Source: a virus. From it: a stretch of 64,000 bases of DNA. The stretch is from IMG/VR virus record IMGVR_UViG_3300014202_001065; one strand, 5' to 3'. Of this stretch, positions 8,703-17,047 are shown piece by piece (position 1 is the stretch's first letter; each line of letters starts with the position of its first letter). Both the position numbers and the translations under genes were made by a program. The notes beneath the pieces were generated by a model, which saw nothing but the letters and a program-made list of their open reading frames with translations, was not told where the DNA came from and did not search any database.

Positions 8703-9067
8703 GGGATAAAAAGCATCTGTTGCATCTGATCATGATGGGTGTCTACTTCGGGTTCAGCGACGAGAGCATTATCGAATTCTTACAGGAGTTTGACGTCTGC
8801 TGTGCGCCTGGGTTTGATAGGCATTCACGCGACCAGCGGGGTATGCACGGCCTGATTGTGTCAAGGTCTGAGTTCGAAACACAAACCCTGGCTCAGATCG
8901 TGAACGGCATAAACCTGCGACGCTTCTGCTCAACCCCATGGCCTAATCAGCCGGTTGAGGCAGTGTGGAAGGATGAGGTGTCTGAGTTGATGCGCACCAG
9001 ACTTGATTTTAGAAACAGGGTAAGGCGCCTGTTCAATGCTTACCCTAGGGAGGGGCTTCATGGGTGA
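8699..9067 (+). CDS. Hypothetical protein
   Basis: ATGA overlap with the previous gene; extended SD AGGTGATCCA. Confidence 0.7.
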   Translation: MRDKKHLLHLIMMGVYFGFSDESIIEFLQEFDVCCAPGFDRHSRDQRGMHGLIVSRSEFETQTLAQIVNGINLRRFCSTPWPNQPVEAVWKDEVSELMRTRLDFRNRVRRLFNAYPREGLHG

Positions 9068-9221
9068 CGTCATCCCGTTAAAGAAACGTGATCAGTCTCG
9101 CAGACCTGCAGGGCCAAGTAAGCCATACTGCATTCACTGGGTCGTGAAGATATACAAGAGTCAGTGGATGCCCTGGCCTGAACCTAAACTGGAGAATACT
9201 GATCATGAGCCGCAATCGTAA
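9060..9221 (+). CDS. Small hypothetical protein
   Basis: ATG 9060 (MGDVIPLKK) with SD GGAGGG; overlaps both neighbours. Confidence 0.5.
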   Translation: MGDVIPLKKRDQSRRPAGPSKPYCIHWVVKIYKSQWMPWPEPKLENTDHEPQS

Positions 9222-9570
9222 GCACAAGATGACCATGAAGATCAAAGGCGTCCTCAAGCGTCTGTTTAAGCGTCAGCGATTTTTCGAGGCCTATGGCGGC
9301 GGCGATTTCATGTTTCTCAAGTGCCGCAAGCCCGGGCTCAACACTCTTTGTTGCGATATAGAAGCGACGCGGACCGTAACTGGGCGCTTCCGCCTCTCCC
9401 AGCCGCCCATCCATGAGTTCCCCAGGGGGTCACAGCCTGACCGTAATTACCCTGTGCAAAGCATGGCCGTTGAGCAGTACAACTACGCGGACCTGGAAAA
9501 GCGGATAGCCGCCATGTTAGGCTGCGAGGTAAGCGAGATTGGTCAGTCGGTCTTTATCGATCGGGGGTAA
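9205..9570 (+). CDS. Hypothetical protein
   Basis: SD GGAG; basic N-terminus; 121 aa. Confidence 0.7.
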   Translation: MSRNRKHKMTMKIKGVLKRLFKRQRFFEAYGGGDFMFLKCRKPGLNTLCCDIEATRTVTGRFRLSQPPIHEFPRGSQPDRNYPVQSMAVEQYNYADLEKRIAAMLGCEVSEIGQSVFIDRG

Positions 9571-9571
9571 C

Positions 9572-9705
9572 ATGAAAAAAAAGCCGTAGCCCTTGTGGTG
9601 CAGCTTGAGCTGTACCGCAGGGCCAAAGCCGAGCAGGAGGCCAACGCTAAGCGGGAACGAGCACACCGCCGTATCCTTGAGCACGCCAAGAAGCTCGACT
9701 GGTAA
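9572..9705 (+). pseudogene. Small ORF (~43 aa, ends ILEHAKKLDW) interrupted at an A8 tract
   Basis: ATG AAA AAA AAG CCG TAG stops at once. The -1 frame continues AVALVVQLELYRRAKAEQEANAKRERAHRRILEHAKKLDW. Confidence 0.55.
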
Positions 9706-9882
9706 CAGAATCTCTACCAGCAGGAGGTGATCCAACCCACAAGTGCCCGGGTGTGTTGTCCCCCCAAGAGGCTCAGGTATCTCGGTACCGCCATCGTCAG
9801 GCGGCCGGCAACCAGAACCGTGATGGTCAAGGTAGCCCCATTTCAAGACCCCAGCGAGACCTTGATTACGCTGGGGTTTTTT
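9706..9882 (+). ncRNA. Candidate small RNA carrying a 16-nt complement of the 16S rRNA 3' end
   Basis: AGGAGGTGATCCAACC at 9722-9737, short hairpins (CCGCC/GGCGG) and a 3' terminator. Confidence 0.4.
9848..9882 (+). terminator. Rho-independent terminator
   Basis: ACCCCAGCG-N12-CGCTGGGGT followed by a T run. Confidence 0.7.
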
Positions 9883-9937
9883 ACGAGTATACTGGCAGCC
9901 TGTGTTTTCAATTCGCGGTGTGTGTGGGGGGGGTGTC

Positions 9938-10693
9938 ATGGGTGTTGGACCGGCTTACGGTGTTCCTAGCGGTGGTGGATCCGGTATTACGGACGGTGAC
10001 AAGGGTGATATAACCGTATCGGGTGGTGGCTCCTCGTGGACTCTCGATGATAAAACAGTAACTAATGCTAAATTGGCTGACGTCACAACAGGTGTGTTAA
10101 AGGGTCGCCATAGTGATGGGGCAGGGGCGGTGGAGGATCTCACGCCAGAGCAGGCAACCTCTATGTTGTTGACCTTCACAGATACATTGAAAGGGCTTAC
10201 GCCGCCACCCGTGGATGTGAGCGGGTTTTTTCTTCGTGATGATGGTTCGTGGGTGGATCCTATACCTGCATCAATAGATATTTGTCTTTCTGCCGTGGAT
10301 GCTACTGGACAGACTTTTACCTTTGCAGCCGCTACACCTCGACAACTTACCTTGTTAACAGAAGCAGTTAACCCCGGTTCGCATTATGACACTGCAACAG
10401 GCCGCTACACACCCACAAAGGCTGGTGTCTATGAAGTGAATGGTGTAATTCAAACCCCAACTGTTGCGTCTACAGGTATTGCCTTCATTTATAAAAACGG
10501 AGTATCTGTTGCGGGTGGTACATATATACCGGTTACGCCCACATCGGGTATGAGGGTGGGGGTCACCACGTTGGTTTATATGAATGGGACTACGGATTAC
10601 CTGGAATTGTGGGGTTATAGCTCTGGGGCTGGGACATCCGCCGCAGGTAATGGGGTCTACATTCAGTTTAATGCACGCTTAGTGTCTATATAA
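9938..10693 (+). CDS. Fibre-like protein with a C-terminal C1q-like domain
   Basis: GITDGDKGDITVSGG fibre-shaft motif; YDTATGRYTPTKAGVYEV...YMNGTTDYLELWGY C1q/TNF-like pattern; visibly lower GC. Confidence 0.7.
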   Translation: MGVGPAYGVPSGGGSGITDGDKGDITVSGGGSSWTLDDKTVTNAKLADVTTGVLKGRHSDGAGAVEDLTPEQATSMLLTFTDTLKGLTPPPVDVSGFFLRDDGSWVDPIPASIDICLSAVDATGQTFTFAAATPRQLTLLTEAVNPGSHYDTATGRYTPTKAGVYEVNGVIQTPTVASTGIAFIYKNGVSVAGGTYIPVTPTSGMRVGVTTLVYMNGTTDYLELWGYSSGAGTSAAGNGVYIQFNARLVSI

Positions 10694-10705
10694 GGATTTA
10701 GTCAT

Positions 10706-11337
10706 ATGGCTTATAAAAACCACCGCCTCGCCATTATGGTGGATCTTGATGGATCACTGTGTTGCGGTGCTCAGCGCCTGCACCTGATGCCCCCGCCGGA
10801 GAAACGGGGGACCCTTTGGCCTGGGAGCCATTCCATATGGCTTGCGGAGGCGACACCGAGATAAATGACGTCGCCCGCATGCTCCGCGCACTGCAAGCCG
10901 CCGGTTATCTGTTGGTCTTCATTTCCTACCGATCTGAGAGCACCCGAGCCCTTTCCAAGGCTTGGCTCTGGGATCACGGGTTTGAAGTCGCTGACCAGGA
11001 CTTGGTGCTGCGCCCAGGAGATCGGGGTCAGCCAGCCCATGAGTTCAAGCTGGAGAAGATACGGCAGCTGGAGCAGGAACGGGGCCTCAAGTTTATCTTC
11101 GCCATTGAGGATGACCTGCCGGTCTGCCAGCACCTGCGAGCTCATGACATCCCCTGCTATCAGGTACGGGACTGGAAGAACCCTATGCCCAGTGAGGCGG
11201 TTGAAATGCCCACCTACCACGCGGCGGATAGCGAGGCCCTGTCTAAGCTGGTGTCGTTGGCACAGAATGACTTGACAGAGGGCCGCGTGTTTACGGTCGA
11301 AGAGGCGAAGGATCGCCTGAAACAACGGCGTCAGTGA
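10706..11337 (+). pseudogene. HAD-family (PNK phosphatase-like) phosphatase with a -1 frame break at 10790-10810
   Basis: The ATG 10706 frame carries the DxD motif (VDLDGSLC). The rest (ISYRS, FAIEDD) is in the ORF-track frame starting 10759. Confidence 0.75.
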
Positions 11338-11375
11338 TGATTAACAAGGGGGGCCTCCGGGCCCTCTTCCATTTC

Positions 11376-11418
11376 TGTGATGCACCGCACAGACTGCCGG
11401 TACCCACGGCGGTAAAGT
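11376..11418 (+). promoter_or_regulatory. Class II CRP-like promoter
   Basis: TGTGA-TGCACC-GCACA at 11376-11391, 21-nt gap, TAAAGT at 11413-11418. Confidence 0.7.
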
Positions 11419-11452
11419 CAAACCCATGTTCCACCAATGAGGCACTATCCAT

Positions 11453-11812
11453 ATGGCAGATGATCCGCTCCTGAACCTGCAAGAGCTGGTGACGCTATCC
11501 TACGACGCGCTGCCGGGTCCCTACTTTATCCATGGCAATGCGCTGATGGCCTATGACAAATTCTGCCAACCCCAGATTGTCGCCACGCTGCGCACCGATA
11601 ATGAGGTCTTGGTTGCAACCGCTATGTTTTTGTCGATGATGACGCCGGCCAGCATCCGTGATATTGCCCGGCAGGTGCTGGCCGTGAAGGAGGACACCGC
11701 CCGGCTGGATTACCTCAGCAGGCACGGCAGCTATGAGTTTCGAAACATGATGGGGGAAGGTCTGCGCACTGCGATAGACGCCGCCCGCAAAAAGATCTAC
11801 GACGACGATTAA
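11453..11812 (+). CDS. Hypothetical protein
   Basis: SD GAGG; 119 aa. Confidence 0.75.
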   Translation: MADDPLLNLQELVTLSYDALPGPYFIHGNALMAYDKFCQPQIVATLRTDNEVLVATAMFLSMMTPASIRDIARQVLAVKEDTARLDYLSRHGSYEFRNMMGEGLRTAIDAARKKIYDDD

Positions 11813-11823
11813 GGAGGCCTCCT

Positions 11824-12255
11824 ATGGCTGTTCGTAAAGGTGACTGCAAACATGCGGTAGAGCTTCTCGCCGAGTTCCTCATTGGTAGGGGCTATATCAG
11901 CAAGGACGCCATGATCAAGGCTGGAGCCGCCAAGGTCTGTGGCTATGACGAAAACCGGGACAACCTGGGCAACACCGTGCACAGCGCTCTCAACATGCTG
12001 CGTATCGAAAAGGTGGTAGTCGTTAAGCATGTGCCGGCTACATCAGGATTCCCCAGCCGCCCGCCACACTTGATCTACAAGATCAACCCCGAGCTGGAGG
12101 GTATGGTTTGCGGGCGTGCCATGCGGGAAAAGATGGCGATCCTCAACGCGACCAGTCCGCTTGATAAGGTTCGCAGTGGAGCCGAGAAGCCGAAGGTGGC
12201 CGGCAACTGGGGATCTATATTCGATGCCATGTCCAAGCAGAAACAACTGGCTTGA
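11824..12255 (+). CDS. Hypothetical protein, possible winged-helix DNA-binding protein
   Basis: SD AAGGAGG; helix-helix-helix-beta-hairpin-like pattern (inference). Confidence 0.7.
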   Translation: MAVRKGDCKHAVELLAEFLIGRGYISKDAMIKAGAAKVCGYDENRDNLGNTVHSALNMLRIEKVVVVKHVPATSGFPSRPPHLIYKINPELEGMVCGRAMREKMAILNATSPLDKVRSGAEKPKVAGNWGSIFDAMSKQKQLA

Positions 12256-12325
12256 CAGTATCATTGGGGGCCGTCCAGTAGTAACCTGTTGATCATTGCA
12301 TTGACTTAGGCCACCTGGGGGTTGT

Positions 12326-13477
12326 ATGACAGCGCAGAAAATGACTGACGATCAGTTGAAGCAGTGCATCTTGGATGGCATGACCACTGCCGCCATTGCC
12401 GGTCTTTTCAAGATGCACGAGCGGCGGGTGTGGGACAGACGAGCCATGCTGGCCAGGCAAGGTTGGTCGCCAGAGCACGGCCTGAAGGTCGAGTACCCTG
12501 ATGGGTTCAAGGTGGGGAAGACCACCATTCAGCGCGGCCCCGACGGCACCATTGAGCGCACCTGGGAACGGATGTGCGAAGACCCAGAGAAGTTGCAGGC
12601 CCTGATGCAGCGATCCATGCAAGCGATGGTAGAGGGTCTGCCTAAGTTCAAGGCCCAGCCTCTGGCCGCTCTTGAGGTGGACCACGACCTGCTGGCTGTC
12701 TACCCTCTGGGCGACCCTCACATCGGGATGATGAGTTGGGGGGCAGAAACGGGGCAGGATTGGGATCTCAAGATCGCCGAGCGCTACTTCTGCAAAGCCT
12801 TTGACCGCGTTGTCCGCACCACCCCCCACTGCAAGCAAGCCCTCATTCTGAATCTTGGCGACTTCTTCCACGCAGACAACATGGAAGGTGTCACCACCCG
12901 CAGCAAACACTCACTCGACGTTGACGGCCGCTATGCGAAGATGATCAGTGTCGGCGTCAAGATCATGCGCCAGATGATCGAGACTGCGCTAGAAGTACAC
13001 GATACCGTGCGGGTCATTAACTGCATTGGTAACCACGACGATACCGGTTCCCAGTTTCTGGCCGTGCTGCTGATGCACGTTTACGAGCTGGAGCCGCGGG
13101 TCATCATAGACGTCTCCCCCACACCGTTCCACTACATGCGTTGGGGCAAGGTCCTGCTGGGCGCCCACCATGGGCATACCTGCAAGGCACCCGGGTTGCC
13201 GGCCGTGATGGCTGCCTCTCGGCCAGAAGACTGGGGCGCCACCAATTATCGCTACTGGTACACCGGCCACATCCACCACGACACGCTGAAGGAATACCCA
13301 GGTGTGAAGGTGGAGAGCTTCCGCACCATGGCCGCAGCGGATGCTTACGCCACCTGGGGAGGCTACATTTCAGGGCAGGACATCAAGGCCATCGTCCTGC
13401 ACAAGAACAAGGGCGAGGTGGAGCGCCACACCGTCCATATCGACCACCTCCGGGATGCCAAGGGGTTGCACATATGA
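12326..13477 (+). CDS. Calcineurin-like metallophosphoesterase with an N-terminal HTH-like segment
   Basis: GDPHIG, GDFFH, GNHD, HHGH and GHIHH motifs. Confidence 0.9.
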   Translation: MTAQKMTDDQLKQCILDGMTTAAIAGLFKMHERRVWDRRAMLARQGWSPEHGLKVEYPDGFKVGKTTIQRGPDGTIERTWERMCEDPEKLQALMQRSMQAMVEGLPKFKAQPLAALEVDHDLLAVYPLGDPHIGMMSWGAETGQDWDLKIAERYFCKAFDRVVRTTPHCKQALILNLGDFFHADNMEGVTTRSKHSLDVDGRYAKMISVGVKIMRQMIETALEVHDTVRVINCIGNHDDTGSQFLAVLLMHVYELEPRVIIDVSPTPFHYMRWGKVLLGAHHGHTCKAPGLPAVMAASRPEDWGATNYRYWYTGHIHHDTLKEYPGVKVESFRTMAAADAYATWGGYISGQDIKAIVLHKNKGEVERHTVHIDHLRDAKGLHI

Positions 13478-13965
13478 AAGTCTTGATCATTGGTGAAGGC
13501 GGGCATGGCAAGGACCAGCTCGCCGATTTCCTACATGAGCTGACAGGCATGACGAAGATGAGCTCCTCCGAGATGGCCTGCGGTCTGTTCATCTTCGATA
13601 CGCTGGCCCCCAAGTATGGGTACGCCGATGCCTGGTGGTGCTATGCTGACCGGCGCAATCATCGGGAAGAATGGTACCAGCTGATCTGCGAGTACAACCG
13701 TGATGACAAGGCACGACTGGCCAAGGCATTGCTCGAGAAATACGACATCTATGTCGGTATGCGCGATGACCAAGAGTTCGCCGAGGCCAAGGGATTGTTT
13801 GACCTGATTGTGGCGGTAGATGCTGCCGAGCGTGTGCCAGAGTGTGACGACACCTTCAAGATCAGCCTGCTGGCGGCCAACATCCGGATCGACAACAATG
13901 GTGACCTGAACGATCTGTATCAGGAGGCCCGTGCGTTGGCCGATTACATCAACGACCGCCGGTGA
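13474..13965 (+). CDS. P-loop kinase (dNMP kinase-like)
   Basis: ATG 13474 in an ATGA overlap; MKVLIIGEGGHGKD Walker A; VGMRDDQEF; IDNNGDL. Confidence 0.75.
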   Translation: MKVLIIGEGGHGKDQLADFLHELTGMTKMSSSEMACGLFIFDTLAPKYGYADAWWCYADRRNHREEWYQLICEYNRDDKARLAKALLEKYDIYVGMRDDQEFAEAKGLFDLIVAVDAAERVPECDDTFKISLLAANIRIDNNGDLNDLYQEARALADYINDRR

Positions 13966-13983
13966 AATACCTGCAGTGTGATC

Positions 13984-14009
13984 GGGGCCTCAGACTGGGG
14001 CCCTTTTTT
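13984..14009 (+). terminator. Rho-independent terminator
   Basis: GGGCCTC/GGGGCCC stem followed by T6. Confidence 0.6.
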
Positions 14010-14054
14010 ATTGCATGATAGGGTCTCTCTGAAGCGAGAACACGGGGATTTATC

Positions 14055-14156
14055 ATGGGGCAATCAATCATCATTGGGGGTGGTTTATGTAACGCTGGTT
14101 TGCTGTTCGGGGCGATCAAGTTGGTTATGGTTTTCGGTTGGCGCATGGGGGTGTGA
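14055..14156 (+). CDS. Small hydrophobic peptide (33 aa)
   Basis: Manual ORF MGQSIIIGGGLCNAGLLFGAIKLVMVFGWRMGV with SD GGGGA; its TGA abuts the next ATG. Confidence 0.4.
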   Translation: MGQSIIIGGGLCNAGLLFGAIKLVMVFGWRMGV

Positions 14157-14513
14157 ATGTTCTATCTCACGCAATTTTTCTGGGGCTGGGTTATCGACGA
14201 GGTGCTGGTACCGTGCTTCGCTCGGCACAAACTCACCGGGGACCAACCACGCTATCGCTGTGGCTCAGTCTGGACTGGCCTGCACGAGAGCAGCCTGATT
14301 TATGCCGAGGCACGGAAAGCCTTTACTGCTGGCCGTGCAATGCTGTTCAGCCATGAGCAGATGAAGGCCATGCAGCGTTGCAACATGGTATCCGAGGATC
14401 TGCATTTAACAGAGCAGGGGGCCCAAGTAATCAATACGGCACTCCAGCATGCTGAGGTATACCCCAACATGCAGCGTCCCGACGGCTCAGTTGTTTACTA
14501 TCTGACAGCGTGA
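14157..14513 (+). CDS. Hypothetical protein
   Basis: 118-aa ORF in operon context. Confidence 0.65.
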   Translation: MFYLTQFFWGWVIDEVLVPCFARHKLTGDQPRYRCGSVWTGLHESSLIYAEARKAFTAGRAMLFSHEQMKAMQRCNMVSEDLHLTEQGAQVINTALQHAEVYPNMQRPDGSVVYYLTA

Positions 14514-14520
14514 GGTATCT

Positions 14521-15147
14521 ATGAAAGCTTTCCCACCGGTTACCCTGCGCGGTGACCTCGAAGCAGCAAAAAACCACAGGGGGGTCAACATCGGTAATTT
14601 CCCCAAGACTGGTCGGCACACCTTCGTGATGAGCGGTGTCTTCGTCGGCCCCAGCAATCAGCTGCAGATTGCCAGCAAGCTGGAACAGCTTGGATTCTTG
14701 CGACGCACCACTGTCAATCATACGACGGCCCTGGTGGTTTACAGCTCGGAGATTGACCCGTCGGTGGCCATCCCTGGGAAACTGGCAGCAGCTATTGATA
14801 CCGAAGTGCCTTTCATTCTGAACGAAGCCGCAGCCTGCGAGTTGCTCGACATTACCTTCATGATACCCAAGACCCGGAAGGAAGAAATGGCCGCTATCGC
14901 CGAAGGGCGCCGCCCAGGGGATACGTATCAGAAGACTGGCCGCAGCTCGCGGTTGGCCCTTGGCTACATCCTTGAGGCGTGGGGTCAACCCGGTGTGGAG
15001 ATCCGGATCCATGATCATTTTGGGTCTACGGCCGCCGACCGTAATTTGGCCTGCATGATCCACGACATGATCGACAAGCTGGGTTTGAGGGGGTTCAACG
15101 TAGAACGCCGGCTCCATGATCCCATGGTGGTGTTCCATGGCTACTAA
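14521..15147 (+). CDS. BRCT-like domain protein
   Basis: TFVMSGVF...LEQLGF...TTVNHTTALVV...PGKLAAA...VPFILNE matches the BRCT pattern. Confidence 0.65.
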   Translation: MKAFPPVTLRGDLEAAKNHRGVNIGNFPKTGRHTFVMSGVFVGPSNQLQIASKLEQLGFLRRTTVNHTTALVVYSSEIDPSVAIPGKLAAAIDTEVPFILNEAAACELLDITFMIPKTRKEEMAAIAEGRRPGDTYQKTGRSSRLALGYILEAWGQPGVEIRIHDHFGSTAADRNLACMIHDMIDKLGLRGFNVERRLHDPMVVFHGY

Positions 15148-15203
15148 ACCTAAAAGACTCGACCGCTGCGTCTGGCCAGCGGTGTGGGGGGGCCGGTGCC
15201 TAT

Positions 15204-15632
15204 GTGATGATGACCTTCGACCATGCAGCTACCCACGGCGTAGTGCGCCCAGGGGAACTTGGTTTGGTAGAAGCCAGTTGCGGTGGGGTGTTGACTGTCT
15301 ACTTCCTGGCTCGCGGGGTGAGGATGTCCATCAACCAGTCGAAACTGGTACGGGTACCGATGCTGAAGGATGCCGAAGGCCACCCGTTCCCGGCCTACCT
15401 CGCCATTGGCTATGGCCGGCCCAACACACGTAGCATGGTGCACGTCCACGCTGGGTCCAGGCACTATGCCATGGGGCACACGATCCGGGGGACGGTGTTG
15501 GCTGTAGTTGAGCACACCACTGATAGCCGCAAGGACACGATCTTAGTGCGGTTCTGGGGTTGGCACGAGGACGTGGAGTTGCAGCGCTGGGAGCTGGAGC
15601 CGCTGCTGGAGGAGAACGTCGACTATTTCTGA
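15204..15632 (+). CDS. Hypothetical protein (may start at 15137 across a G7 tract)
   Basis: 142-aa ORF; start uncertain. Confidence 0.65.
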   Translation: MMMTFDHAATHGVVRPGELGLVEASCGGVLTVYFLARGVRMSINQSKLVRVPMLKDAEGHPFPAYLAIGYGRPNTRSMVHVHAGSRHYAMGHTIRGTVLAVVEHTTDSRKDTILVRFWGWHEDVELQRWELEPLLEENVDYF

Positions 15633-15648
15633 TCGGGCATCAACGGTT

Positions 15649-15691
15649 TGTGGGGCTGATCACGGTTTTGCATGGCATCACCAGTTATGAT
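15649..15691 (+). promoter_or_regulatory. Class II CRP-like promoter
   Basis: TGTGG-GGCTGA-TCACG at 15649-15664, 21-nt gap, TATGAT at 15686-15691. Confidence 0.65.
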
Positions 15692-15719
15692 CAGCCCTGT
15701 CTTTTAGGGGAGAACCATC

Positions 15720-16241
15720 ATGAGTAAACGAGGCAAGGGTCAGGCAGCTCTGATGCTCAGCGAATACACCTTCAACAAGGCTGCACCCGCTGGCACCGGC
15801 GTGAATTGCCCCAGCTGCGGTAAGGGCTTCACCAAGCGTGATGCCAAGGAGGTGTTCTGCAGTAACGCCGGGGCAGGTAACTGCAAGAACCACTACTGGA
15901 CTATCATGCGCAGTTCTGCAGGTAAGGTGCTCCTGGCCACGTTGGACGCTGTGAGGCAGGCCGCCCCTGAAGTACCGGTTGCTGTGGGTATGTTCATGGC
16001 CGTGCCTGAAGTAGAGGCCTTCATGCTCAAGATCTACCACGTCCTTGGTAAAGACGATGGCATCGACGTGCACTGCCGAGTCAACGCCGATGAGATCCGC
16101 CTCTATGTCGTACTGAGTGACGAATGGGGGATCTACACCCATGAGTGCCCGGTACTGTTCGAGACGGATAGCCTGCCCGTTATCCAGGAGCTGGTAGGGG
16201 TGGTCTTCAATCAACTGCAGGTATGCCTCAATGAAAAATAG
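15720..16241 (+). CDS. Zinc-finger-containing hypothetical protein
   Basis: CPSCGKGF...FCSN...NCK. Confidence 0.75.
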   Translation: MSKRGKGQAALMLSEYTFNKAAPAGTGVNCPSCGKGFTKRDAKEVFCSNAGAGNCKNHYWTIMRSSAGKVLLATLDAVRQAAPEVPVAVGMFMAVPEVEAFMLKIYHVLGKDDGIDVHCRVNADEIRLYVVLSDEWGIYTHECPVLFETDSLPVIQELVGVVFNQLQVCLNEK

Positions 16242-16737
16242 CGAAGTGCGGTTCACCCGCGCCAATCTCATCGACCATCTGTTCTACTGCCGGGATCGGG
16301 TAGAGGCTCTGCTGGATGGCTACGGCAACGAATCGAGCCACGGGCTACCATGGATCATGGCCAACATCGGGCCTGTGGCGATACTTCGCCTGCTTCGCAT
16401 ACCTGGTAAGCACGTTGCCGTTCGGGGTCGTCTTTGCAAGGTCATGCATGACTACCTGCTCGGCCGGCTGAGGGCTGTGGTTCCGGGTATGGAGCCATCA
16501 ACGATCCCTGATCCGGACACCTTGCGGGCCAAGCTTCGGGGCTCGAGCCAGGATGCGTTGGTGTTCTCTATTTACACCATGTTGCACCTGGCCGACGAGA
16601 GTATGGCCGATGGCCCAACACATGATCGCCAGTCGCTGGCTTATCTGGCATTGGCCTACACTGATGCAGCCACTTTGAAGGAACTGGAGGGTCTCGATGT
16701 CTTTGACACCAAACTCGTTGAAACCGTCTTTGACTAA
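16231..16737 (+). CDS. Hypothetical protein
   Basis: 168 aa; overlaps its neighbours. Confidence 0.7.
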   Translation: MKNSEVRFTRANLIDHLFYCRDRVEALLDGYGNESSHGLPWIMANIGPVAILRLLRIPGKHVAVRGRLCKVMHDYLLGRLRAVVPGMEPSTIPDPDTLRAKLRGSSQDALVFSIYTMLHLADESMADGPTHDRQSLAYLALAYTDAATLKELEGLDVFDTKLVETVFD

Positions 16738-17047
16738 GACGGTACAACGCCGCAATGCGCTGTTCCTCTGGCTGACAGCACACGCAGGGCGGCTTTACAC
16801 GATCGAGGAAATGAAGGCTGACGGTTTCGCATGGCCACTGGAGCTTGATTTCTACGACATGAGCAACAATCAGACCAGGGGCCTGCTCAATGAGCTGCAC
16901 ACCATGGGTCTGGTAAAACGCGGGCGCAGGGCCAAGACGCAAAAGCGCCCGTTCCGCCTGGTACTGGGCAACAAGGACCGGGATAGCCTCGGCACTTGTG
17001 TGAAAAAAGTTTACTGCTGGGGAGTGATGACCGATGAAACAATATAA
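16697..17047 (+). CDS. Hypothetical protein, possible winged HTH
   Basis: YTIEEM...[16 protein letters not shown] pattern. Confidence 0.6.
   Translation: MSLTPNSLKPSLTKTVQRRNALFLWLTAHAGRLYTIEEMKADGFAWPLELDFYDMSNNQTRGLLNELHTMGLVKRGRRAKTQKRPFRLVLGNKDRDSLGTCVKKVYCWGVMTDETI

Noticed and set aside
9727-10013. ORFs 9727..9969 and 9753..10013
   Set aside because: Their starts are inside or too far from the SD-like motif, they cross a terminator, and they overlap the C1q gene start.
13141-13473. Long N-terminal extension of the kinase ORF in the track
   Set aside because: It is a shadow of the phosphoesterase gene; the P-loop protein starts at ATG 13474.
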